Notes: a model not told the origin generated them from the letters alone. Shown: positions 45,128 through 54,968, numbered from the stretch's first letter. The stretch is 64,000 bases of DNA from Schizochytrium sp. TIO01 (GCA_004764695.1 SMSO01000014.1:2413648-2477647); one strand, 5' to 3'. Translations and numbers: made by a program.

Positions 45128-46360
45128 CTAGTCCTTTTGGCTGTTTCTGCGGCCTTTGTCTGCTTCGTCAATATATTTCTTCACGATGGATACAGTTGAA
45201 GTTTTGTCTTCCCATTTGCGAGGATGCTTTGCCCCGCTGGCAGCTAAAAGACCAGCAATGACTGGCACACGACCGCAATTATCCCCGCCGGCAAGGATAT
45301 TACGTCTGATTGCATAAGTGAATTTATTGAAGTCCTTGTCTCCAGAAGTTGCAACAACTTCCACATCTAGGCAGAATTTAAGTCCAACCACAAATGATTG
45401 GGGGAAGCCGCAAGTTTTGGGCTTGAAGCTCCGATATGCTGGGTTGTCCCCATCTTGCGCAAGTTCATCTGCATACTCAAGTAAAAAATTAGCAACTTGA
45501 TCCATGGAAGCTTCTTCTTTACTCGCAATAGCCGAGCTTAGAGCTTTGTCGATCGCTTGTTGAGAAAGCTCACCTACTGCACCGTTGCTGATTGCTGTCT
45601 TGACATCAACGCCATTAACAATGACATCGTTTAACATCTTGGCAAGTGAGAGGCCGTACTCCACAGCTTCATCGTGATTCTGATGTGTTCGGATAGCTTC
45701 CTCTACCTTCTCTTGATACTCTTTGGCACCAACGTAACGTGTCATTGTTACGATCGTTTTCCAGAAAGCATTTGCTTGTGCATCATCTGCTCCACAATCA
45801 GGGTACCAGGACGTTTGACCTTCCTTCTTGAGCTGTTGAACATTCTCTTCAAAGAGCTTGGTGGCATGGTTTTTGCGCCCAGAATACGCTTCTGCCCATT
45901 CAAAAAGTGACCTGGCGAATCCTTCTCCACTTTCGAAGTTTCCATGACATTTGTTGATGTACTCAATCAACGCTAACGCTTCCTCAGCATAAGGAGAGGG
46001 CATGCCGTTCATGTAATGTCCAGGGAATTCCTCAGTTGAATAAAAAGGGCAACTGGGAGGTTCATGGAACTCTGGGCTTTCCTCGCTGCCACTTAGCACT
46101 TCTTTCAGCTTCTCGCTATCGTAGATCCAATGAGTGCCCATGCTAGCTGCATCAGCAACCAAACATGCTACCAGAGTATTGGCCATTTTCTGCTGCGCTC
46201 CGTTTTCCGTGGATCCAACAGATCCCATAGTGATGGCTTGGATGTGCGTTACGTTGCTGCGCAGACTGACGAACCTCACCTCCTGATTCCTGCAAATTGA
46301 AACTTTGCGACTCAATGCCGAATCTCTGCGAATACACCTGGGAATCACTCTTGAGAGCAT
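45128..46360 (-). CDS. ADP-ribosylglycohydrolase-fold protein, J1-crystallin/selenoprotein J-like (Cys form)
   Basis: VADAASMGTHWIYD, PEFHEPPSCPFY, GADDAQAN, KTCGFPQSF, AIRRNILAGGDNCGR. Confidence 0.85.
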   Translation of the reverse strand: MLSRVIPRCIRRDSALSRKVSICRNQEVRFVSLRSNVTHIQAITMGSVGSTENGAQQKMANTLVACLVADAASMGTHWIYDSEKLKEVLSGSEESPEFHEPPSCPFYSTEEFPGHYMNGMPSPYAEEALALIEYINKCHGNFESGEGFARSLFEWAEAYSGRKNHATKLFEENVQQLKKEGQTSWYPDCGADDAQANAFWKTIVTMTRYVGAKEYQEKVEEAIRTHQNHDEAVEYGLSLAKMLNDVIVNGVDVKTAISNGAVGELSQQAIDKALSSAIASKEEASMDQVANFLLEYADELAQDGDNPAYRSFKPKTCGFPQSFVVGLKFCLDVEVVATSGDKDFNKFTYAIRRNILAGGDNCGRVPVIAGLLAASGAKHPRKWEDKTSTVSIVKKYIDEADKGRRNSQKD

Positions 46361-48935
46361 TCACTTCTGTCGTTCGCCAAGATATCTCAATTCGAGTCTG
46401 GAATTCAACCTTCAGAAGTAGAGCATTTCTTTCCACGTAAACACAAAATACCTTCCTATGCACTACTATCTATCTATTGCTTACTTTCCTGTACTTATGA
46501 ACCTAATAATATGAAAATTCCTGGCACGCCAAACTTGACGAATCACTATTGGGATATCGTAATTGTTCATTCAACAGTTGCGGAGAATCTTCGTGAAGCC
46601 CCGACTTCCCGAGATGTTAGGATTCCTTGAAGCAGGAAGCATGTTGTCTACCTAACTATTGATACTGCCTACTACCAATTCCATAAAAGCAAGGCCGGGT
46701 ATAGATGGAGCGATGGTATTTAGCCGAGGAATAGAGAAGGTACCTCATGCGTTCACAGATTAAGTCATCTCTGGAACAAGTTTATCTATGGTAGGAGCCT
46801 TTTGAAAAGGCGTCCGCCCCTACTATGAGATGCACACTTTAGGCCTATCTGCTTAAAAAAATATTTAAACAGTTACTAATCAATTGTTTATGCTGGCAGT
46901 CTTAGCGAGCAAGAATTTTGAAATCAGGCCGAACATCCCCAAAGACGAGCGCTTATCTCAGGGGTAACACACACCTCGTTTATTTTCTCTCAAACAGTGT
47001 ACCATTAATTTAAAATGCTGTCTTTAAGGTTCATTTTGTAGTTTATTGTTTATTGTTTCCTACTGCTCGCTGACTTTGTCGAGGTCCACTGAGGTACTTT
47101 GGCTCATTTCAATGCGTTGGCTTACTGCTATAATCTGCATCGGTAGCCAGTTAACACTATTTTGGATGTCGGTTCTCATCTCTTAAAGTCCCCATCTTAA
47201 CGTCCAGGATTAGAAACTTTAGCTTTTGTTCTTGATCAGATATTTTCTCCCTTCACATATTTCGCTATATTTTTTTCGGGCTAGTCTTCTGACCCTCCGA
47301 ATATCACTCTAGCAAAGTTTCTCTGTCTTTATCTTCTCTCTTTGCATAGTTTTCTTTACCTTCCACGGAGCAGCATTGCCTGGGCCACCGCCATGTACAC
47401 TGTTTTTTTGTTTTTATATTGAGCGTTGCAAAATCATTGATTTATGTGCACAGTTCCAGCATTTCTTTTAGTACCTTAACCAAATTTATTTCGTACAGTG
47501 AGACAAATACTCTCAAGTGACGTCAGCTCCTTTTGCTTGTTTTGAAGAATCACATCGTCATTTGATCTCGCTAAATTTTGGAAAGCCGTTGACTGCCCAT
47601 GGGTTCTTTTTGCACAAATTGGTGCTCTGTGGATGCCGAACATGAGTAATATGCTACTGGCTGTATTTCTTCTCATATGTTTAAGGGTTGATTTTCCCAA
47701 GGCACTGCTTTTGACAGGCAACGCAATTAGAGATATGCTATTAATCGCTGCGTTTCTCATTTGAGCGAGAGCGTAGTTACTGTGATCTGATTGGTTACGA
47801 TCCTCCAAACCTGTGGTAAAGAACTCTTTAAATTGCCATGTTTGCTACGCCTCCTAGTCTAAGAAATTTAAAATATCCTGTTGCGTTCAATTCTGCAGCA
47901 TCTTGACATCCTCTGTGTCCTCTTTTTAATGACTATTTCGCAACAAGTCACCATGGGTCTATCCTAGCAGAATGAGATAGCGTTTTGAGGTGGAATTAGA
48001 TCGGCAGCACTATATCGGGGTTGCATTCCACGCCATGTGAATTCACTAATGCGGTGGAATTTACGTGTCAATCTGCTCAGGATAAGTCTCAGGGTGAGAT
48101 ACAGTTCCGCAGCAGCAATCTTAGTGCTATGGCTCATATTCGAGGTTGTTTCATTACGCTAACAAGCACGGGAAACCAGCCCGTGGTTGCATTGTTGTTC
48201 GAGGTAATTACGGCAAGCCAGAGTAGTCGAGTTTTGACATTTCAATATCACTATTATTATATTCTTTCAACCTATCCCTGAAACAGCTTCTTGTAGTCTT
48301 GAGTTAATATCTAATACTCACCATAAATTACATTCTTGTTGTTCATGTAACGGGCTGGGTTTTCAGTTTTTTTGGTTATACATTCAACATTGAAAAGAGT
48401 GGCATAACAGTGTAATTCTTTGTTTAAATCCTCAGTACTCAAACTTAGATATCTTAAGCGGACAATATGTTGAATTGTTTGAAGAGTTGCCGTCTGATAA
48501 GAGTAGAATCAAGAACACAACCTGCTCATGACCCCCCCACCCCACAGTCTCACTCATCAGAGTCTATTTCCCTAACTTAACTCGAACCGTATTCTCATTA
48601 AACTCTGAATTGTGATTGAGCCTTTTGGCTTGGATTTCTACATTTCTTCTCAAGTCAAAAGGCTGTGTGACCATCCTCTGGCTAGTAAGAGTGGAAACTC
48701 CCATTAAATGAATTGGTGCCATTTTGGAAACTAGAATAATTTATTAGAGCAAATCGAAATAAGTCACACCCAGTAGTCAGAGTCAGAAGCGGCTTCTAGC
48801 AACCTTTTTATACGTAAAAACTTAAGTTAAAGCATTCATGCCATCCTGTAAAGCTACTCTCATGAGTTAAAGATAACTCCTATCTTGAGAAGAAACTCGA
48901 GGCAAAATAATTACTCGTTACCTCCCGATAAGATC

Positions 48936-49100
48936 CTATTGAATTACTCTCGAATTACAATCTGCAAAACTTGCATTTCCTATGGTGACAGAGTGCGGGG
49001 CTAAGCCCCAATCTCGAGTTTAAAAAAAAACTAACCCATGACTCAAAAACAATTCTCAAACCACGTCTTTAAATCGGTAGAACGAAAGGGCGCCTCTGGC
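48936..49100 (-). ncRNA. Candidate Fanzor omega-RNA (copy A): scaffold plus flank-derived guide
   Basis: Lies directly 3' of the RuvC-III codons. Shares hairpins GGGGC-TTA-GCCCC and TGCAA-GTT-TTGCA with the other copies. Expression and boundaries are inferred. Confidence 0.45.
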
Positions 49101-49400
49101 GGCATGGACATCACGATCGACTACAGGTTTGCATTTTTGGGGGGGCATTTGAAAACCTTGGATGTTCTGAGCTTGTCGTGGATTGTACATATCCTCTGCA
49201 TGGTTTCGAAGTATCCCCAAATGCAACCACGTAGGCGGTCGTGATATCCACGCCGGCAGAGGCATCCTTTTCCGCTGTCGATTCAAAGACGCAATTTTAG
49301 AATTGTTTTTGAGTCGCGGGTTAGTTTTTTTAAAAACTCAAATTGGGCCTTAGCCCCTCACTCTGTCACCATATGGAAAATGCAAGTTTAGCAAATTGTA
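48956..49400. mobile_element. Non-autonomous fold-back (MITE-like) element made of two inverted Fanzor 3' ends
   Basis: 48956-49145 is an imperfect inverted repeat of 49215-49400 (~80% identity by eye), with TA at both outer ends. Left arm plus loop (minus strand) reads DTSKPC..IHDKLRTSKVFKCP..KCKPVVDRDVHAARGAL with frameshifts. Right arm (plus strand) reads KCNHVGGRDIHAGRGIL. Homologous to 57101-57355. Confidence 0.85.
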
Positions 49401-49420
49401 TTGGTTAAATTCTAAATGAC
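49260..49420 (+). ncRNA. Candidate Fanzor omega-RNA (copy B): scaffold plus flank-derived guide
   Basis: Directly 3' of RDIHAGRGIL. Hairpins GGGC-CTTA-GCCC and TGC-AAGTTTA-GCA. Expression and boundaries are inferred. Confidence 0.45.
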
Positions 49421-49723
49421 AACTTCTGTCAAAAAGATAGAATATAAAGAGTATGACGAAGCAGTAGGTACTACTACTTATTAAGCACGCTTTATATTGT
49501 TATGGAGGTACTCTAGCTAGATATAGAATATTAAGTAGATATCTATCTAGAGTACTGACTACGTCGCTTTCATTACTTTCATTCAAAGTTGAAAGAGAAA
49601 CGTGAGTAAATGATTGTCTTAATTCACCGCGCAAAGAAAACCTCAAGTTGACAGACTTCCCAAGGTGACGGGCCTTAATACCAGTTCAAAAAGGCGTATC
49701 GAAGTGCCAAGGAAAGTATCAGC

Positions 49724-50287
49724 ATGGACGCGAAAGGAGAGTCCTTCAAAGTGAAAGTAGAGCGTCTTCTTTTGCCCTTCGTTTCGAGATGGTGGTTTCC
49801 TTGGGCAGTTGGTTGCCTCAGTGCTCTCAATAGTTTTGTTGTTATCTTAAGTGCACCTTTAGTGGTACTGTACATCTCTGCTGTACTGGCCCGCCCTGAG
49901 AGAAGATTAATTGCAGCTTTCGCCAACGCTGCAGGCGTAACTATTGGAGCAGCTGTGCTGGTCTTTGCTGGTGCTTCATCCGAGGCATTCCCTACATTTG
50001 ATTCAGACCAATTCGAGCGTACCCGAACCCTTGTACAAGATTATGGAGTTGTGGGATGCGCACTCTATTCATGCTTGCCGATAATCTTACATCCTATAAT
50101 CTTCTTTGGGCTTGTCTTTCAGCTGGATCCGTTGCTTTTGCTCTTGGCAATTTTCGTCGGCCGCGCCGTCAAATATATTATTATGGGTCAGCTTGCTCTG
50201 TCAGGAAGTAGCTACTTGCAATTATTTGGCACTACAGCAGTAAGCGCGGCTAAGCAACAAGATGATAAATTCAAAAAGATGGAGTAA
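49724..50287 (+). CDS. Small polytopic membrane protein, DedA/VTT (YqaA-like) family candidate
   Basis: Hydrophobic 187-aa ORF with ANAAGVTIGA, YGVVG...CLP and IFVGRAVKY patterns typical of DedA/SNARE-associated proteins. Confidence 0.65.
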   Translation: MDAKGESFKVKVERLLLPFVSRWWFPWAVGCLSALNSFVVILSAPLVVLYISAVLARPERRLIAAFANAAGVTIGAAVLVFAGASSEAFPTFDSDQFERTRTLVQDYGVVGCALYSCLPIILHPIIFFGLVFQLDPLLLLLAIFVGRAVKYIIMGQLALSGSSYLQLFGTTAVSAAKQQDDKFKKME

Positions 50288-50482
50288 GACTAAAATTAAA
50301 CGAGCTACACGGAAACAAAATAGAACCACGGTTTTGCTGAAAATGAGCAACATGATTGCTATAGCCCATTTTTATCTAAAGTTCTAAAACATTAACTTAT
50401 TCAGCCTCTCATTTAGTTTTTTCATAGCCATAGCTTTAGACCTATCAATGGCTGCGCATGGAATGACAAGTGGATGCAACGG

Positions 50483-52096
50483 CTACATAGGCAATCTGAG
50501 AAGATCAAGGAGAAATGATACAGAAGCCTTTGTATCAAGCTGATCTCCTAAACGTGGTACATTGTCACCTCCAAAAATCTCGGAGTAAAGCCTCACAGCT
50601 TTACCAGCATATTCCTGTGCATCTTGAGAGTAATCAAAGTAGCTGTAAAGTTTTGCCAACATTGCATAATGTATAGCAAGAGCAGGGGAAAGCGAAGGTA
50701 GACGCACTTCTAGCTCCTTTGTGATCAAAGCCCCACAAGCAAGTGCATGTTCGAACTTACCATTTTCTATGTCCATTTGCATCCGCCTTTGAGCCAGAAT
50801 TATGAAAGCTGAGGTTGCACCATAACCTGCTGCAGTGAATAGTGCAAGAGTGCTTGGTCTCGCGTCGGGATCTCGGAAAAGTGCAATGAGCTCTTCGAAT
50901 CCATTCTTTGCATCAATATGGTTTTCTTCTTCAAAATGGAATTTATAGCTCTCACAGAGCGTAGAGTTCATTTCTTCTTTTCCTCGAGAGGCAGCTGCTT
51001 GGGCACCTTCGCACAAACGTTTTCGAAGTAAATCTTGGCTATTGGTTTCATTGGACGGAGACATCACAGCTACGTATACCTTCTCCCTATATGTTGCGAA
51101 CTGCATAGTTTCTAAGCCACTTGACTTGCATCGGGAGCCATCTGAGATACTTAAGAAATTGAGGGATGCATCTTTTGCATTTGAGTTTAGGTTGAAGCTT
51201 GAACCTTCCAAATCACTGGTGGCGATGTTGTAGTGCCATTTTAGTTGAATTTCTTTCTGAAGCTCACTTCCAAGTTGGTCAACATATGATATTGTAATCT
51301 CATCACCTACAGCAATCTCTTTTGTCGCTACAAGGATGATACGGGGTCTGCCTTGCTTGCATAGCTTGAATATTTGCACTGTATTAGGCAAATCTGCATG
51401 GTTCACAAGACGCCCCCGATAGCCAAACAAGGCAATTCCAATAGGTTGCTGATCCCCATTGACAATATTATGTGCATTAGCGCGAAGTTTGGCTAGGTGA
51501 CGCGCGAGTTGCATAATCTTCGCTGAATCTACCGAGTCCCCCCAAGGATCTTCTCCAGCTGCTAATTTTGCACAAGCAAGATACGAGTGTGCGCCTCTGG
51601 CCATAAGTATCAGTTCTTGTTTCTCATCATCACTTAAGCACTCTAAATGATCTGGCATCTTATCAAAGATCTTCCTCAGAGAAGGGTCTTTGGCGACCCG
51701 CCATTCCAGACGACAGCACAACCTAACAAGAGTCGGGGGTAGTTTGGGACCCATTCGTGCACACCAATGCTGAAGAGCAATTGCCTCTTCCCTGAAACCC
51801 AGCTTCCAGTCTTGTGCTTGCTCTTGGCGTCCTAAATATCGTGCGAGTTTTGACTTGGAGCATCGCAGAAGCTTCTCACCACACAAAAGCGTGAGATGAC
51901 ATCTTTTAGACAGTTGATTTGGTAAGGGAATTGATACCAGAGCTTCTTCCTCGAGCACAATTTGCCCTCTCTTAAAACCTCGACTTGCGACAAGCCCAAG
52001 GCCTTTGGCGCCTCCGAAGTTGCAAACCTCCAGGTCAGAATCGTTGCCTTGATTAGACACTGGCGTTGGCTTTCTGTTGACGCATAAATCAGTCAT
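50483..52096 (-). CDS. SMYD-like SET-domain protein with degenerate MYND finger and TPR-like C-terminus
   Basis: KGLGLVASRGFKRGQIVLEEEALV, LRANAHNI, GIALF, LVNHADLPN, EIAVGDEITISYVD. Confidence 0.82.
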   Translation of the reverse strand: MTDLCVNRKPTPVSNQGNDSDLEVCNFGGAKGLGLVASRGFKRGQIVLEEEALVSIPLPNQLSKRCHLTLLCGEKLLRCSKSKLARYLGRQEQAQDWKLGFREEAIALQHWCARMGPKLPPTLVRLCCRLEWRVAKDPSLRKIFDKMPDHLECLSDDEKQELILMARGAHSYLACAKLAAGEDPWGDSVDSAKIMQLARHLAKLRANAHNIVNGDQQPIGIALFGYRGRLVNHADLPNTVQIFKLCKQGRPRIILVATKEIAVGDEITISYVDQLGSELQKEIQLKWHYNIATSDLEGSSFNLNSNAKDASLNFLSISDGSRCKSSGLETMQFATYREKVYVAVMSPSNETNSQDLLRKRLCEGAQAAASRGKEEMNSTLCESYKFHFEEENHIDAKNGFEELIALFRDPDARPSTLALFTAAGYGATSAFIILAQRRMQMDIENGKFEHALACGALITKELEVRLPSLSPALAIHYAMLAKLYSYFDYSQDAQEYAGKAVRLYSEIFGGDNVPRLGDQLDTKASVSFLLDLLRLPM

Positions 52097-52493
52097 CTGT
52101 GGCGGGGTAGGCGCAGATGTTTAAACCTCAAATCTATCTTCCTCGCTAGTCTCTGTCTCTCTCTCTTCTTGACCAGCTACTAACTTGATTCAACGTTACG
52201 GAATGACTACATCAACTGCAGCTAGCCTTGCTCGCTCTAACTGTGGTAATCTAAAAGTCAATCCTCAATGTATTGTGAGGCCCAAGCGCTTGAGGTTTGC
52301 TTGACTATTCAAAACACGTAAAGAGATAGAGCCTTGAGAGTGCCAATACTTCTGCGACACTAGGTGCCTATGAGTTACTACTAGGTAGTGAATATTAGGT
52401 TAGACTGAAGGCCGTTCGACGAATCCAAGTCTTTAAAGCACGGAACGCGTAGACAGCAAGGGTGACTAAGAGGTGAATCACAGAATCCTTGCG

Positions 52494-54968
52494 ATGACAG
52501 AGAATGATAAAATTTCTGCCCTTGCAGCCCTCCGCTCTGGAGCACCAGAAGACAACCAGACTCCCTCTCTTGGTAAACATCATGAGGGTAGTTTTCGAGT
52601 TTACATGAGACACAAGCGGGCCAAGCTTGGGAACCAATATGCACAGCTTCGTGACGAAAGGGTACCCCAAATATTTGCAGGAGAGGTATTTTGGATCAAT
52701 GGTGTTACTGCGCTTGAGCCCTGCGGTAAATCTCAGAAGGACATGAGAGATACTATACTTCGGCATGGAGGCCTTTACGTTGATGTTGATACTCCAGATG
52801 TAACGATTGTTATATGTCGTAACCTAAATCACGAAAAAGCTCGTAAGGAAAAGACAATCAAGCGTGTTCACCGGAAACGATTCCTACTCCCATCCTGGGT
52901 AACAGACTGTGTGAATGCTGGGCAGAAACTCCCAGAACACAATTATGTAATTGAAGAGTTGCGACCTGAAGGCAACCATCGTATGTTTGCACGCCTTGGC
53001 AAATCGCATTCTTCTTCTGCCGTATCTGTGGTTGTTCGCGCTCGGTACTGTAATATCTTGCAATTGGCTGCGGATGCATCAAATGATGAAGCTGTTGCTA
53101 TCAAAGGGATCGTTCAATGGGTTGGTGAGAAGGCACCAAAACCAATTTACGTTGGAATGCCTGTTTTTCAGGCGTCTGGATGGAATTGTATAGTTCGGCA
53201 CCTTGACTCTTCCGTTCTGCTTCGATTCGCGGATAAGTGGCTCACCAGCCTACGTGCAATGGCTGTGCGTAAGCAAGTCCGCTCTCTTAACCTTGAAGAG
53301 GCTCTGTGTGTTGTTCCTACTTCACTCGAGATGCAAGCCCTGGCCGCAATCATTGAGCAAAAACTTGCACCTGGTAGTCAAGTAGCTGTAGACTGTATTG
53401 AAGGTACCCTTCCATATGGAAAACATAGCAGTGAGCAGCTGCAGTCAATGCAAAAGCCAGACGTATTGTTTTCTGTACCTTCCTCTTCATTCACGATACC
53501 TCAAGAAGGAAATGGAAAGTCCTCATCAAATGAGGTTCAGAGTATCTCAAACCAGCCATCTAATATGTGCGCAACGCGAACCTTCGGATGTCAGTTTGCG
53601 TCAGCTAAAGATATGGTTTTTGCAGTGGAGTCATTGCTTCACAAACTTGCAGGTGATATACAGTTTGTGACTTTGAAAGACAAGTTTTTTTCATGTACCC
53701 TTTGGTATCGTATTCCAGCAAGTGGTGCGTCTAGCATCAGAGGTGATACCTTTGAAACTAATTTTGAAAGAGAGAGCATTCAAATTATCGCAAATGCACT
53801 CGTGTCTGGGCTCCCCTATGCTTCTATTCTTAGTTTGACTCTTAAGTGCAGTGATGTAGATCGCCTTGCTGTTCCAAGAAATATCCCTGTCAATCTGACA
53901 ACACTTAACCAGACCATACCCATTGAAATCCATGATGAAGAATCATCATTGAATTCGCAAAAGCAAACTGAATTTCGGGTGTCCTCTGAATTGAACAAAA
54001 GAACCGCAATTGGACAAATTGATCCGGTAATACTTGCCTCATTGCCAATGGATTTGCAGAATGAAGTTTTGCAAGCTCCTGAAGGGTACATGTCTCCAAA
54101 AACACATTCAAAACAAACAGAAGGCTCTTCTAGTATAGTAGATTTATTAACCCCAGAAAAGCGTCATGGCGTTTCGGCGAATCGCTGTGCTTCACAACAA
54201 TCCAGCGGAGGTAGTCAATCTATTGATATGAGCGTCTGGAACTGCTTGCCAGCGGATGTGCAGGATGATCTTCGTCGCGAAGCAAATGCACATGCGGTTC
54301 AAAGTGCTTTTAATACTGCAAATCGCACCCAGGACGCTATAAGAACAAAAAATGGTATAAAGCGAGAACGTCGCCACCAGAAATCCATGCTGGACTTTGC
54401 TCAAGTTGTGAGTAAGAAGCGTAGGAAAGATGTGCACGCTAAGGCTGTTCGTCATGCAAGTCGCCAATTCAAAGCTAGTATGCGTCTTTTTACAGATTCA
54501 ACTACTGATCAAGATAACAAAGCAAAGTCACAACAGCCCCCGGCGCTAAGTCCTGTAAGTGGGAGGGGCGATAGAAACATAGTCGAAGGTGAAGATTTAT
54601 ATGATGGTTATCTTGAAAAGGATAGTGAATCCGTAGTTGGCTTATATGAGAGCTGGTCTGACATTCGCCCGGTAATTCTTGATTTTGTTGACAATATTTG
54701 TAGCGAGTTAATCAAGTACAAAGAAGAAAAGGAATGGCCCCCATATGCACAGGAGCTTCTTGCGTCGGCATCAAACTCTTTGTCATCATATCTTTGTGGA
54801 CTCACAAAGGCTGAACAACTGTTCAAGGTACAACAGGTACTCCGTTTAGTGCAATTTCAGCTTCAAAAATGTTTTCCAAAGCTTTTGGATAGCTTATGGC
54901 CTTCTATTTTGGAGAATACGCAACAGGCTTGCATCGTGACATATGGTACACAAATGAGATTAGTTTAA
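52494..54968 (+). CDS. REV1-like protein: BRCT, degenerate Y-family polymerase core, two UBMs, REV1-C-like end
   Basis: FRVYMRHKRAKLGNQY..IFAGEVFWING..ILRHGG..PSWVTDCVNAGQKLP (REV1-type BRCT). UBM-like QIDPVILASLPMDLQNEV and SIDMSVWNCLPADVQDDL. First ATG at 52494. Confidence 0.75.
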   Translation: MTENDKISALAALRSGAPEDNQTPSLGKHHEGSFRVYMRHKRAKLGNQYAQLRDERVPQIFAGEVFWINGVTALEPCGKSQKDMRDTILRHGGLYVDVDTPDVTIVICRNLNHEKARKEKTIKRVHRKRFLLPSWVTDCVNAGQKLPEHNYVIEELRPEGNHRMFARLGKSHSSSAVSVVVRARYCNILQLAADASNDEAVAIKGIVQWVGEKAPKPIYVGMPVFQASGWNCIVRHLDSSVLLRFADKWLTSLRAMAVRKQVRSLNLEEALCVVPTSLEMQALAAIIEQKLAPGSQVAVDCIEGTLPYGKHSSEQLQSMQKPDVLFSVPSSSFTIPQEGNGKSSSNEVQSISNQPSNMCATRTFGCQFASAKDMVFAVESLLHKLAGDIQFVTLKDKFFSCTLWYRIPASGASSIRGDTFETNFERESIQIIANALVSGLPYASILSLTLKCSDVDRLAVPRNIPVNLTTLNQTIPIEIHDEESSLNSQKQTEFRVSSELNKRTAIGQIDPVILASLPMDLQNEVLQAPEGYMSPKTHSKQTEGSSSIVDLLTPEKRHGVSANRCASQQSSGGSQSIDMSVWNCLPADVQDDLRREANAHAVQSAFNTANRTQDAIRTKNGIKRERRHQKSMLDFAQVVSKKRRKDVHAKAVRHASRQFKASMRLFTDSTTDQDNKAKSQQPPALSPVSGRGDRNIVEGEDLYDGYLEKDSESVVGLYESWSDIRPVILDFVDNICSELIKYKEEKEWPPYAQELLASASNSLSSYLCGLTKAEQLFKVQQVLRLVQFQLQKCFPKLLDSLWPSILENTQQACIVTYGTQMRLV

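Noticed and set aside
49038-49286. Track ORFs 49038-49244 (+) and 49056-49286 (-) as genes
   Set aside because: They are chance frames through the fold-back; only the last third of the minus ORF is in the Fanzor frame.
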